DNA of 33,438 bases. Origin: Bugula neritina (lineage: Eukaryota > Animalia > Bryozoa). Below are positions 11,996 through 26,094 of the stretch, in pieces; position 1 is the first letter of the stretch, and every line of letters begins with the position of its first letter. The position numbers were made by a program, and so were the translations under genes. The notes below the pieces were generated by a model, which did not search any database, was not told the origin of the DNA, and saw nothing but the letters and a program-made list of their open reading frames with translations. The DNA lies in NCBI GenBank assembly GCA_964035545.1, contig CAXIUT010000143.1:1-33438 (forward strand), written 5' to 3'.

Positions 11996-12926
11996 ATGAG
12001 TATTTACTAACCCTTCTACTATCCTTATTTGATTCCTCAGCCCTCTATCCACCCGATAACTCTTCCTCTGCGTTCAAAAATAAATGAAATTCAAAGGAAT
12101 AGAGATTATTGCATAAAAGTTGAAGCCTAAAATATTGCTAGATAGAATGAGTAAAGAATAAGACAAGCTAGTATTACTAGAAGTCTTCTTATAAATGAAA
12201 AGTTATAAGATGAGTTAAGAAGATAGGATTTATAAAATTATGCCAATCGACAAATGGTCGAAAGGGCAGAAGCATAAATAAAATATAAATATTTGAAAAA
12301 GATATAGTAACTAAAAAGATAAAGATAAATGATTAATCATCCAGATACTGTTGCTCAGGTTAAATTTCAAAATTAATATTTACAAAATTTGGGTGAAAAA
12401 ACAGATAAAATAAAAGCATAAACAGCTCATAAAAGTTATTTAGATGAACTTGATAAAAGTAAAGATAAAAATTAGATTTTTGATCATTCTTTAAGTAAAA
12501 GAAGAAATAGTAATAAAGGAGAAAGTTTTTATTTATTTGACAGAAATAATAAAAAACAACTTTTTGGTTCTCCTGATTTATCTAAATCTAAAAATAAAAA
12601 ACACAAGAAAAAAGCCAATAAAACAATAAATTATTAAATGAAAAAGAAACAATCAATATCATTGACATAAAGAAAACCTTAACCTTCTAACTTTATCACA
12701 TAAATAGCTCTGAAAAGTACTTCTATTTTAATCAGAAATAAACAATAGGCTAAAAGTATCAGAAATAGTTTATAAAGATTCTAAACTTAGAGGTTAAAAA
12801 CATGAAGCGAATCATCTTTTTAACACCTTTTAAAATGAAGCAAAACTTAGAAAATAAATAAAAAATAAAATCAATAATGATCCCTCTATTCTAAAAAAAC
12901 ATGATTTAGTTACTAATTCTAGATGA
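11996..12926 (+). CDS. Hypothetical K/E-rich coiled-coil protein
   Basis: Long open frame from ATG 11996; ends at 12805 if unspliced, or at 12926 with a 19-nt intron near 12717-12735. Confidence 0.55.
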
Positions 12927-12949
12927 TTAATAAATATTATCTGAATAAA

Positions 12950-14209
12950 TCATTATTTATGATGTAAAAGCAATCCATACAACCCCTCAACTATATTCTC
13001 ATTTGCCAACACCAGCTACATTAATTTCTAAAAATCAAGTTTTTTAAAATCTTATAGAGATACTGGGTTGCCTTCCTTATAAAAGTTAATTGAAGAAATA
13101 TCTTTACGTCTAGTTATATCTTTCTTTATTATTTCAATGCACTTGGCAAAGTAACCTGATACCTCCTGGCGTTTGTTATACTTATAAGATTGTTTTTGAA
13201 TATATTCTCTATCTATATTCGTCTGACCTACCATATTTCTAGAATTCTATCCGTAATCAACAGTGTAGTTTGATTTACTTCTGACACTATTTCTAGAAAA
13301 TCTCTCTATTTTTACATTTCCTTTTGAATTGTTCTCTGTCCTGGAGAATATCTTCCTCTGAAACTCACCAAAAACCTCTGAAACTGCTCTCATTACCTCA
13401 TTCAACATATCTGTATCCAAATAGTTGAGTTTTACTCTCAACTTCCTTGTAAATAACTAGCTTTCTGAATGTACTCCTAGATCCTTAGAAGTAGAGTATA
13501 GAGCACTTTTAGGAGGAGCTATATGAACATGATTAGCTGTAGCTTTTGAAATATTAGCCGAAGTTAGAGTAGTTCTATTTTTATTTCTCATGTAAGTATT
13601 TTTGAATGATCCTGGATTCAAAAGACTAACATCATATTTTTGAGTAAAGTCTTGTTCTTCATTGACTTGATTTTTCTTTTAGAGTTCCATTTCTAATTGT
13701 TTGTTTCTTTTATTTAGGACTTTCAAAGATTCTTAGGTAAATTTTTTATCAGAAGTCATTTCCTCTATTTTGAGTCTCATTTATTAAATTTATCTATCCT
13801 TGCTGACCAACTTCTAAAATATTCTTAAAGACTAATCTCTAAAAATTGATAATTTCTTTTCCAAATATTCAATTATTTATTCATAGCTATTGGAACTACT
13901 AGCCTGAGCCTGAGATTCTCTCTTCAAATCTTACATCTCTTTCTTAACCAAATAAATATGAGTTTTATATGCATTTAGTATTTAAGCTTAGTTCTTTTAG
14001 ACTTTGTTATGAACTGTCTTTTCTAGCTATTCAATATATCGGTTCAGCTGATTATGATTTTGTTTGATTTATTAAAAATTATTATCGATATTTCTCTGAG
14101 TAAGAAACAACTATTTAGACCTATTTTTCGTGACAGGACTTAAAGTACTATCCTCTAGTGATGCATCTCTCAAGTTGACTGTTTTCAGTTAACTCGAACG
14201 TATGTACAT
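12950..14209 (-). CDS. Hypothetical coiled-coil protein (419 aa)
   Basis: ATG 14209 to TGA 12950 in one frame that contains track ORFs 13247-13441 and 13052-13234. Confidence 0.7.
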
Positions 14210-14252
14210 CGATAAATAATAATATAACAGATGAATGATGAATATCAAAGTA

Positions 14253-15878
14253 TCATTTCTTCTTAGGACGAATTTATTTCTTCTTCTGTTTCTGACTTTG
14301 CTATTTCTAAATTAATATAAATATACAGAGATAAAGTCTGCAGCTTTTCGACGCAACTCTTCCATAGATAAAATCTTATCGTACTCCTAGTTATCCTAAA
14401 AGTCTTCAAATGTCAACAAAGCAGGTTGAGCAGACCCAAGTCTGTTTTGCTGAGCACCACTAAGCATATTTGGATTTGATAAACGGTTAAATGTTTCCAC
14501 TATCGATACTGCCTTGTGTTCAATTACAGCCAAAAATACTAATAAGTTGGTTTCTGAAATAGACTTAGTGCCTCCTATCTCCTTCACCACCTCACGATCA
14601 CACTCTATTGTCTAAAATATCCTCTATATTAGACCCATTATTGATTTGGCATCTTTTTGATAAGTCCTGTATTTCCCTTCAATGTCTTTAAGATTGGCTT
14701 ACACTGACTTCAGATGAGTTTCCATTTCTTGTAGATACTTTTCTTTTGAGTTGGAAGAATGTTCTTGATGTTCTGCTTCTTCTTCTTTCAGTTTGGCGAC
14801 TTAGAACTCCAACTATTCAATCTAATTACTTTGCAAGTTAACAAATTTAAACATTTGGAAATTTTTCTCTTCATTTCTGCTAAATATTCTCAACAACTAA
14901 TCAAAGTTATCTATCTCAGTTGCTGCTTATATCTTTGCAAAATCTTATCTAAATTTTTGGATCTTTTCCATTTGTTCTGAACTCTTTTTTGTTTGTCTGA
15001 ATAATAGTGGAAATACTTAACAAATTTTGCTTGAGTAGGTTGTGGTTCTTAGATGGCTGAATGATGATGTGAGATATCTTAGTGATTTTTTCCTACTTTT
15101 TTAGCATAAGATGATAATTTAATTTTTTCCATAAGATGACTAATTTCTTTGATTTATTTTTAGAAATCAATTCCTTCTTTTTTCGCTTGAGTTTTCAAAG
15201 AACTCATTTGATTATTAGCTTTATCTCTATCTTAATAGGCATTATTAGCTTTTTCAATAATATCAGCCATTTTTTTTCTTTTTTAGTGTAGTTAGTTTTA
15301 TAATTTTTTATATAAGTTATCAAAAATAACTCTTTATTTTCTTAAACTATCAATAACTAACTTTAGATCTTTATTGACAGCAATGGTTTAATTAAATTTT
15401 TGATTGGCTTTATCTAATCTATTTTATAAAATTTTAATTTGTTTTTGAAGATTATTTAAATTCTATGCTCCAGAATTAATTCCTAAACAATTCTTTTTCT
15501 TTTAAATAATTTTCTTTTGAAAATTACCAATATGAACTTCTATATTTTTTTGAGTTTCTTTTTCTTCTTGAATAGCATTCGATATTTAATTTAAAAATTA
15601 TTTCATCGATTAGGAATTAAGTCCATGTTTAGATTAGTTGTTCTTTTCATTGTTTATTTTGGCCTATATTAAATAAAAAATACTATTAATTCTTTAAGAG
15701 CATCATTTTATTTTTTAAGCTTATCAATAGATAATTTCTGTTTCTTTATGAAGTTAATAGTCTCTTAGGCAAACAATTTTTTATCTGTCTCTAAATTTCT
15801 AAACTTCTTTTGTTGTTCAAACAACTTCTACTGCTTCTTTTTCAACTCCTACTGGTCCATCAACTCATCATTTAGCAT
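14253..15878 (-). CDS. Outer dynein arm docking complex subunit DC2 / ODAD1 (CCDC114/CCDC63 family)
   Basis: KQIKILENRLDKANQKFNE..NKDLK..IDSLRKERVIF; FAKIEAATEI..FSRNEEKNFQMFKFVN; ISETNLLVFLAVIEHKA. Three 20-nt introns near 15664-15683, 14997-15016 and 14308-14327. Confidence 0.88.
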
Positions 15879-15934
15879 TTTCTATTTCAGAATTAATAAA
15901 ATATAACTAACTATATTCCAATACCACCTAATTA

Positions 15935-16153
<219 letters not shown>

Positions 16154-16287
16154 TCAACATATTCTATTGATTAGTTTTTATGTTGATTATCTATCTTTTT
16201 AACATTAATATCACCCAATATTATTAAAAATGATATAAAAAAGTTAATTTTATTACAATATTTACAATATATAAACCAAGTGTATCA

Positions 16288-18552
16288 ATGAATGAAAAGC
16301 AATCGAATTGCAACAAGTCTTTCAAAGCATTTTTCTACATCAATTCAGTTAAAGTATATTTCACTGGTGATTTTGATTCGGGGAATCTATAAAAAGCCTA
16401 ACAACTTTCTCCTTATACAGTATATCTCAAATAACTGAGTATAGACTAACTCCAGGATTCGATAAACATAACTAAACAACAAAAAAGAATTTCTTTCACT
16501 TCCAAGTCCAAGGATTCAAACAATGCACAGTCAAATTTCAAATTACAAGATGCTTTATCCTAGAACATCTCATTAAAGTACTTAAATCAACATTTAGTAT
16601 AAATTGTAAAATAACTATCATCCAGTAGTTAAGAAAACATCTTAATCTCCTTTCCAAAAAACAAATAAAAATGTATAAATATACGTAAATCACATTGATA
16701 TACAGTACAATGCCTATAAAGAACCAGAACTTAGCTTTCAATACGAATTTCAAAACGAAAGTAAAGTCTAATTTGCATTCACATATCCCTACTCATATTC
16801 TGATAACCAAAAACTCATCAAAGAACTCTAATAAAAGTATTGCTTTCATTCCAATATCTACTTTCATCGATAAGTTCTCAGCAGAACCAATGCAGGCAGA
16901 AGTCTAGATCTACTGACTATTACAGATATTGATAACTGCAAAGATCAAAGACAACCTCGAATAGAAGGCATACTTGAATAGTATTAAAGACCATTTCAGA
17001 TCAATAGACCCACCATTCTCATTTCAGCTAGAGTGCATCCAGGAGAAACTCCTTCTTCTTTTTGTATGGAAGGAATCCTCAAATTCCTTCTCAACTAAAA
17101 TGATTTCAGATCAGCTCTTTTGAGAAAATACTTTCACTTCATTCTCATTCCCATGGTCAATCCTGATGGAGTTTATCAAGGAATGTTCAGAAATGACCTC
17201 AACGGAGACAACCTGAACAGACTTTACAAACATTTCGATCCTTAAAAACAGTATCTCTCCTATAATTAAGTAAAACTATCTGGAGTATTACGAAATACTT
17301 GAATTCACTATAAAAGATAGATTTCTTTTTCGACCTGCATGCTCATCCGTCTCTGAAAAGATTTTTTATCTATGGAAATTCTTTTGAGGAATTTACTTAC
17401 CAAGTAGAAGCCCAACTCTTTGGAAAGCTAGTTGAATTTAACTGCCCTTACTTTTAAAACTTTGATTCCATATTTACATAGAGAGCAATGAAATCTAAAG
17501 ACAAATTTGACGATCATAACAAGTAAGGATGTGCACGTGTGTACTACCACAAAAAATACAAAATAATTCATTCATATACAGTCTAGTGTGGCTACTTTTT
17601 TCCTACGAAATTAAATCAATTTTAGAAGCAAATAAATTCAGGGTAGTCAAAATTTTATAGTTATACTTCTGATTGGTAAAATTGTCAACTTGACTAATAT
17701 GGTCCATAATCATATATGTTACTAGGTAAAAGTTTATTAGTATCAATTTTGGATTTATTCCAAATAAATCCCTACTCAAGAGTGGGTCCTTGTCATTACT
17801 AGATCGTAAATGGTTTGAGGAAAACAATTGCTCAAAAATTATTTAGTTAATCATAAAAATATCGACTTAAAGATAGAATAAGTTATAAAAGAATTAATTA
17901 AATTACTAATCTAATCTATGATAAATATTATAGATAAAGACTTTAAAAATATAATCTTACTGTCAAATAAATAACTAAATTATAAAAATAAAAAATCATC
18001 AATATACACTCTCTTTAAGCAGATCTAGTTCAAATAGTCAAAAAGAAAAGTAGCATTACACAATAAAACAAATCAAATATTATTAACTAAGATAAAATAT
18101 TAAATAATTAATAAGATAAAGAATAAAATGATAATTTTCATCGACAATTGTTATCTTCTTTCTCAAAATATAACAAAAAACATGTTCTTAAACCGATTGA
18201 TAAGAAAGTAACTAACACCATCAAAATCAGAAAAATAAAAACTATGGAAACTTAAGAACATAATCAAAGATACAATAAAAGCTTCAAAATAAAAACAGAT
18301 CACTCATAGTAATCTCCAATCAAAAAAGTATAAAAATAAGTACTCAATAAAATACTCAAATCTAATGTTAGAGGACCAATCTACTCATAAAAAAAACTAT
18401 AAATTAGAAACATCTACCTCAAAAAAGATCCATAAGATTTCAAATAAGTTTTCCTTAACAACCTCAACAATCGATTTCCTTATCTAAAAAGTCCTCAAAA
18501 AATAAAAGCTCTTAGTCCTCTTAAAAAATCAAAAAAATAACTCCATCTCTGA
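16288..18552 (+). CDS. Cytosolic carboxypeptidase (M14D, CCP/AGBL family; probable tubulin deglutamylase) with basic low-complexity tail
   Basis: FDSGNL, FAFTYPYSY, ISARVHPGETPSS, IPMVNPDGV, NLNR, DLHAH, KEGCARV, SYTVE (catalytic Glu = TAG 17584-17586). 20-nt introns 16420-16439, 16578-16597, 17251-17270. Confidence 0.92.
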
Positions 18553-18602
18553 TTCTTTTTAATATTATCTTTAATACTATCTACATTTAGAGTGATAACT
18601 TA

Positions 18603-19380
18603 TCAAACTATCCCCAAACTATCCTCTTCAACTTCATCCAAAACTGACTCACTCCCAGATACTTACTCCTCAACAGCGATTACCTGATTCTAAGCTACTT
18701 TAGCCTCAACAATAACTTTAGAATCTACTTACTTTTACTTTTTAGGAGTCTCTTTGATTCCATTTTTCTTTTATTTCTTCAACAACTTCCTGTCCTTTTA
18801 TTTTTATGCTATTTACTGAGGAAATTCCAACCTATATTTTTGCATCCTTTCCTGATACTTTTTCTTTCTTCATCGCATAGTTTTATAAAAGGTTCCTTTT
18901 CTTGTGGTGATAGTTAGGCCCATATTTTTGCAGCAACTTTAGTTTGTTCTGTAACTCCATAGGCAGGATAAGTTTTTGATATATTGCTTTGTTGATCTTT
19001 AAAGAACAATAAAAAACTTGATGCTGGAGCTTTAGGCTTATGACTAACTTTTTTTCCTTTCCTCTTTCCTTTCAATTCCTAACTATCCTTTCCTTCTTCA
19101 TCTCCATCTTTTTTTATTTTCTTACTTTTAGGGGATTTAGGTATTACTATCTAAATAGCAGGCTATTTAAGTTCATTTTAACTTTCTTGTATTTTTGATA
19201 TTTTTTACTATTATAGTTATTACTATTAGCTAATAGATTGCTGATTATTTTTTGAAAGATTTTCCATTTACTTAATACAGATCTAGTTGAGTTCCTGAAA
19301 GGTACTAGCTAATTTTTTAGTTATTTTTTAGAACTAGATAAACAAGTATTTACAAATGAAAAGTATGTCTAAGCACTCAT
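18603..19380 (-). CDS. HMG-box protein (one apparent 1-nt deletion at 18859-18863)
   Basis: KPKAPASSFLLFFKDQ...KVAAKIWAELSPQEKEPFIKLCDEERK/KYQERMQKY; 20-nt intron 19334-19353; the frame needs one more A in a 5-A run. Confidence 0.85.
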
Positions 19381-19449
19381 ATGTTTTATAATCACAAAAA
19401 ATTAATGCCTCCTTTATCATAAATATTTACTAAATAAACATCAATTTTA

Positions 19450-20753
19450 TCATTCCACACTGTATAAGTGCAACTTTGAATCAGAACCTCCACTCACTAC
19501 ACCTTTAGAGCCCAACCATTCGACTACCAAAATCTTCTATTCTTCACTCTGTAAATTCTGCATTGGAAAACCACATCGACTATCCCACACCTTGACAGTC
19601 CTATCATATGATCCTGAAACAAAAATATTCCCTGAACTTCCAAATTTAACACTACTCGCCCATTTAGAGTGAGCCTTGAAAGTTTTAGAAGGCCTCGAAG
19701 GTTCTCTCCTATCCCACATTCGTAGCTGTCCATCTTCATGCGAAGATAAGATCAATGAACCAAAACTATCCATCGACGTTACCACTGAATCTCTAGTTAA
19801 AATAGTTTCTTGTCGTCTCATTTTACTGACATCAGTGATAGCTATCTCATGACAACTAGAAGCTGATAGTACTTCTTGATTATTGATCCAATTCAAACAT
19901 TCAATAGTACCTTTGTGAACCTTTTCTTCAACTAATTTAGGCAATGCATTTAGACTCAATTCTATCTTTTTCTTTTTATTTTTCACACTGTTATGAGATC
20001 CAGGCTGATCAAAATTTTAAGGAATTTGCCAAATAGAAACAATACCTTCAGTACCACCAATAGCCACATGAGAATCAGATCCTGGACTAACAGATATACT
20101 TGAAATATCTCCCTCATGTCTGTTAGATGATATAAGTTGATTTTATACTTTAGACTAATTCACCCTAACGAGATGAACTTGCACTAACTCTCCTAATCCT
20201 CCACTTAAACAGTAATAATTATTCTCTTTTTCACAAGGAACAAAGGCACAGGCCTTAAGAGGATCCTCATCACTATTGATAGTCCCTATTTTCTTTAAAT
20301 TAGGCAAATAAACAGCTATATTTCCATCGTATAATGAAGCAGCTACTGCTGAAGGTCCGTCTGGTCCTTAAATAATCCTGATTGATGAAATCCACTCATC
20401 GGTAGGAACATTTTTTTGATGCTATAATTGAGGAAAGGCAATAATATACTAAATATGAAGAGTTTGTTCAGGAGTAAGTTAATATCTCAAAATATGCGAC
20501 TTCAACTTGCCTCGAAGAATATATCCTTCGACAATAAACTAAAATCTTGGTAACTATTAGTTTCCAATTAGATCTTGGATTAACTAACTAACAACAAAAT
20601 TACTTGATTGAGAGAATCTTCATCAAGATCAGAAGAGAGTTCTAGGTTGGAGTGAGGAAGTTCATAGTCACTCAATTTAGAACTTAACTAAGCAATAACT
20701 TGTTGAGGTATTCTGTTATAGAGCTCTTCTATTTCATTAAGTTCTGCTTCCAT
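19450..20753 (-). CDS. WDR12: Ribosome biogenesis protein WDR12/Ytm1 (NLE domain + WD40)
   Basis: NLE-like LNQLIQDLI..FEFIVEGYILRGKL..LTPEQTLHIEY; DEWISSI; SSHEDGQLRMWDRR; FVSGSYDRTVKVWDSR; SGGSDSKL. 20-nt intron near 20584-20603. Confidence 0.88.
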
Positions 20754-20798
20754 TGTTGATGCAACACTTATTATAATAAAGATCACCTTATAACTACG

Positions 20799-21694
20799 AT
20801 GTTCAGAAAAATCAATCAAACATTTATCAAACTCAGACAACCTATGAAACCTTTTTATAATTTTTCAGATATGAAAGTTCAATTCAACAAGATGAACTAT
20901 CTTGTTTTTGATCCAGAAATTGGAGGACGCATACTAGAACTTCATCTAGAAGGAAGACTGATCATCAAAGGAGAAAGAAGTGGACTAGGAAGTGGAAACT
21001 ACCTCATGTTTCCTTGGGTCAACAGAATTTAGAAAGTTCCCTTCCCTGATGTCAAGCACCCATACACTGATGATAATGGCTTACCCATTCATGGTCTATA
21101 CGTTGACTCACCTAGGAATGCTTGTATTTTTACAGCATCTGATAAAAGTATTGGAATATAGTTAACTCCTAAAGTTAAACATGAAGGAATTCCTACATTC
21201 ACATAAACATGGATTTTGAGCAAAGGAAAACTTGAACAAAAGATACAAGTTGATGACTTGAAAGAACATAAACTGCCATACTGTTTTGGATATCATCCAT
21301 ACCTTCAAATCGATGATAATGACATTACTAACTTTAAAATAAATACCAACATCAAAACAAACCTCAACCTCGATCCGGTAATTCATCAACTATTCAGAGA
21401 TTAGTTACACTCTTTCCTTACCAAAAGAAAGATATCGATGTGAAACCTACTTAAAAGTATGATAGTCTTTTTGAAGGAGGAAACTATCTATAAATTAGGA
21501 ATAAAGATCAATTCCATGTTAAAATCAGCAGTTCTCTTCCCTACTGGCAAATATATACACCTCCATGTGGTAAAAGAATAGCTGTTTAGCCTATGTCTTT
21601 CACAGGAAATCTCTATCACATCCATGAACAAGGTCACTCTCCCTCACACAATGAAGGCTCTTTGGTAATAGAGGCAGGACAGTAGTAGCAATGA
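20799..21694 (+). CDS. Aldose 1-epimerase / galactose mutarotase-like protein, bacterial type, with possible mitochondrial presequence
   Basis: PEIGGRI, LMFPWVNRI, IHGL, FGYHPY, WQIYTP, IAVEPMS (Glu = TAG 21587-21589); 20-nt intron 21378-21397. Confidence 0.85.
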
Positions 21695-21736
21695 TTAAAT
21701 AGCCATATTCTATAATTAATATTAATTGAAACTACC

Positions 21737-22733
21737 ATGTTAGCAAAAGTATTTTGAGGACTATGTAGGATGGAAACAAAGGAGTACCAAAAAGAGACCA
21801 GATGATCAACTAGCAACGTAAGAAGTTATAATAACGTACACCATTGATAATTAAGTTCGACTTCAAACCTAGTCGTAAAATACAAAATTACTTAAAATTC
21901 AACAAAAAGAAAGATAAGTCGAATCAGAATATCTCAACTAAAAAAAGAAAATGGAATAAACTTTAAAAAAACTAGGAATCTAACAAAAGAAATTCTAAGC
22001 CGAACAAAAAAGAACAACTGCTTAATTTTAAAGCCAAAAATAACAAATCTTCCTCAGTGATAGAAAAAAATAACTCTACAACAAACAAAAAGATGACCTA
22101 GAAATCAGAAATTAACAAAGAAGATAATAAATAAAATAAAAATAATAAAAACTTAGAATAAAAAAAGGACAACTCGATGACATCAGAGCCAACATAAAAA
22201 AGTATCAAGTTTATTAATAATTTCTCAAAGAAGTTAGAAACCTTTCAGACGACTTCGGACCAGCAGATACAGACGAATTCAGTGTGATGATAATTCTTTA
22301 ACGTTTCAAGACAATGTAAAGGAAGAAAACAGAACTAGCATAAGTCCATAAGAGAATAGGACTATAAAAATAACACATATCTAAGTCAATTCAAGAACTA
22401 AAGAAAAATAGAGAACAAGACGCATACAAATACACTCATAAGAGTAAAGTACTAAAAGGAAAGATTGATTAATATAGCTAACAAATCCTACAGTTATAAT
22501 CAGATCTTTAAGGACAACTGAACTAAAACGGATAAAGGCAAAGGTAAATAGGACAAGTTATCTTCAGTATTCGAGGATTGTATCTCAGTATTGTTGGATA
22601 AGATAAACAATCAAAAAATACGATTGAAATGTTAGAAGCAATTCGAGAAGAAAGAAGAAAGTTGAGATAGTATTTAGATCTTTTCCAACAAAAAGTTGAT
22701 GAATCAAAAAAAGCAAATGAAAAGAAATAATGA
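21737..22733 (+). CDS. CCDC42/CFAP73-like (DUF4200) ciliary coiled-coil protein
   Basis: KKYQVYEEFLKEV...ILERFKTME motif; 20-nt introns 21749-21768 and 21837-21856 give an intact frame. Confidence 0.65.
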
Positions 22734-22777
22734 TTTTGATTATCTGTAAATATATAGTTAACTATAATTATTGGCAA

Positions 22778-25291
22778 ATGCTGTAAGTAAATGAAAACTA
22801 GCTCGAAGTCTATAGCTGCACCTTCAAACTCATACTGAGTAAAGCACTCATAGCACTAAAAGTCAAAGGTTCACAGTTTTATATCGAATGGAAAATCAAA
22901 AGGTAGGGAACAATCTGTAAAACTTAACTAGAAACTATGGATAACTTTGGAGCTGTCAAGTTTAATCAATAGCTGAAACTTCATACTGAAGTCTTGAAGA
23001 ATATCAGTATGAATAAATTTCTAAAAAAATATGCTCAGATCACTCTCTTTCTAATTTCCAGTAGACAACAATACCGTCCTAAAATAGTGGGAAGCATTCT
23101 TATTAACCTTCATTAAATACTCAACGAAGACAAGTACTCAAAACTCAAAGAAAGGAGACTTACTTTTTCTTCTGTCAATGTTGATTTATAATTCATGTGT
23201 GAAGTGACTGAGTGCAGTAAGTCTTCCATTTTATAAGCCAACCTATAATCAGCTCTTCATGCTGAAGAAGATTTTCTCATGATAGGAAAGGGAAATATTA
23301 GAAGTTTTAGCAGTAGAGATTTGAGTTTTATAAAGAAAAAAATCACCAAATAATATCTAGCTTAAGAGGACGATACTGTGAGTAAGGGAGATTACTCAAT
23401 GATTCAGCCAGATTTCTAAGATACTGCTAGTTGTATTGAAATTCCAAAATAAAATAGAGGACTTAGCTACTCTAATATTCAAATTCTATAAATTGACTAG
23501 AATGAAGAGATTCGTTTGAAGGTTGGAGATAATCGAGGTGTTGGAGATTTATTAAGAGAAAATATGAACTTAAGGAGATTATTGGTGATATCAAAAAGCT
23601 AAAGAAATATATAGATGGACCGATTAGAAGATGAATTAAGAGAACTTGCACACTAGTTAGCTCTTAAAGAGGCAGAAATAATGAAAATATAAGAAAATAA
23701 AGAAACAGGAGATCTAAAAGTAGGCTAACTTCTAGATTAAGTCAATGGATCAGCCTAAAAAATAACTAAAATGGTAAAGTAAAATTAATCTCTTCTTTAA
23801 AAGCTAAATATATAAAAACAAGTCAGTTTCCAGCTTTAATAAAATTATAAACGACTTTAAACAAGACTTTAAGTTGTAAAAGATTGGTAAAAAGAGAGAA
23901 TCAACCTTTTAGCTCGTATAAAGGACCTTTAAGATGAAAATTAAACATTAAAATTAAAATATTTTGATCTCTAAAATAAATCTCACATAAGTGAAGAACA
24001 AAACTAGAAGCTAAACAGTGATATGAAGATTAGACTGTAAGGATTGAATAATGAGTTAACAAAGAAAGATCAAATAATAAGTTTATATGAATAAAAAGTA
24101 AATAAATTTTAAGAATAAATATCCCAAATTCAAGAATAGTAAATAGTACATCGAGTGTAATATACATCAAAATCAGATGATATATTAAATATTTCTTCTC
24201 CATAGTCTAAAAAGCTATCTCGAAATAAAAATTCTAATATGATAAATCAGAAAAGTTTAAAGAAGATAAGTTAAGAATAGCTATAATAAAGTTGTAATTA
24301 AGACTAGCAGTAGTTTACAACAGCTGAAGAATTACCTTGCAGCGGATAATCTGATTTTTATCGAAATATGGTCAAAAATATTCAATAATAACTGGACCAT
24401 CAAAAAAGAATATATAGATAAAAATAGGATGTTTTATTAAAGTAAAACAAAAGAAGTAAAAGCCTTTTTGACTAACTATAAAGACTCAGATTTGAATTTG
24501 TTTATGAGCTTAGTAAAGTAACATCAATGCTGAATCAAAAAGTATTATAAATAAGATAACTTAAATAGTAAAATATAAAATTAAAATCAAAAGATGTCGT
24601 ATCTTTTTAAAATAAAATATCTTATCTCTAAAATTAGATTAATGTTTTGCAAGATCAGAAATTATAATATTTTGATAAATCGTATCGACTATAAGAATAA
24701 AATATCGCCCTTATCCACTTGAACTACCAAAAATAAGATATTTATCAATCTATTCTCAAAAACTAATAACCTTTTGAAGGCGATATCTTAGTCAAAAAGT
24801 TCTAATAAATAGTCAAAATCATGCTCAACAGCAAAGATAAATACCTATAAACAATATCGAAATATGGCTTATCTTTATAAAATAATAGAAAAGTCAAAAG
24901 TCAATAAAATATTAGCTAAATAATAAATAAATTTAGTTTATAAGCAAATCATATTTCAGATTCATAAAGCAATTCTAACTCAATCAGAGAGCAATAACTA
25001 TTGCTTTAGTCTACAGCCAGAGTCAGAACTGATCCCTTTGAAATAAACTCAATTCCCTTAATTCTCAATCAAATGAGCAGCTAGTTACATGAGCTCAAAG
25101 CATAAAGATAAAAAGGAATACCTCTATTGAAAGAACTAGTTGCCAAATCATCAGTAATCTATAATTAACAACCACTATTACAACATGTCATCCAAAAGTT
25201 AAAAAAAAGTATCATAGCTAACTGTCCACAAAACAAAAGACAAGATCTCATAATACTAGTTAAATAACTATAAACTAATCTATGTCAATGA
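22778..25291 (+). CDS. NT-C2 (EEIG1/EHBP1-type) domain + long coiled-coil protein (837 aa)
   Basis: N-terminal FYIEWK..VKFNQEL..KFLKKYAQITL..IVGSILINLHEIL beta-rich segment followed by E/Q/K heptads; ATG-to-TGA span is divisible by 3. Confidence 0.7.
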
Positions 25292-25370
25292 TAATTCAAT
25301 TTCTTTATTTATAATTATTATTAACTATAACAGTTTTATTTAAATTATTCTAAAGGTATATTATAATAAG

Positions 25371-26047
25371 ATGGCCTTCGAGTTTAAAAACAAAAAATAA
25401 AAATAAACCATCTCAATCAATAACATCCTCTTATGGGTCAATCATCTCCTCAATGTACTCACTTAGCTATCCAGTTAAATCTCACAAAAATATAATAACT
25501 TGGCTCAGGAGCCATCTACTGTCATATATTTTCACTTGTACACCCAGGAGTCATTACCATGAATAAAGTCAACTGGAAAGCCAAAAGCTAGCACGAATTC
25601 ATAGATAATCTCAAACTATTACAAAATGGGTTTTCAAAAGTAGGCATCAAAAGGCCTTTATAACCAATCAAACTAGCAAAAGCGAAAGTTCCTGATAACT
25701 TTGAACTAACAGTTTGGCTAAGACGGTACTACTACGAACAATGCATCGACACAGACACAGATAGTACAGTCAACACTCCTGTCCCGTCAAAAGCAGACTT
25801 CAGTTTTGCTCAGAAAAAAATAATCCCTAAACATTTGACTCCGAACACCAACAGAGAAGAAGCCCTCTGTGAATGCTGTATTCGAAGTGAAAGAGAACGA
25901 CTCATAATGAAGAATATTTAGGTTTTAAAAGTCAAGTTTTAAATGATTAGATAAACATTGCAAAGCGGTTAATCTGCTGAGGACAAAGTTACTATAATCG
26001 AGGAAGTTGTTCAGCTGTAATACTCTAACTTAATAGATAAAATATGA
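25371..26047 (+). CDS. EB1/MAPRE-like microtubule-binding CH-domain protein
   Basis: ILLWVNHLL..KIEELGSGAIYC..HPG..KVNWKAKSEHEFIDNLKLLQ..DNFELTVWL; 20-nt intron 25455-25474. Confidence 0.88.
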
Positions 26048-26094
26048 ACAATAAAAGATTAAAAAAGACTATTTTGATATTTATATTTCTTTGA

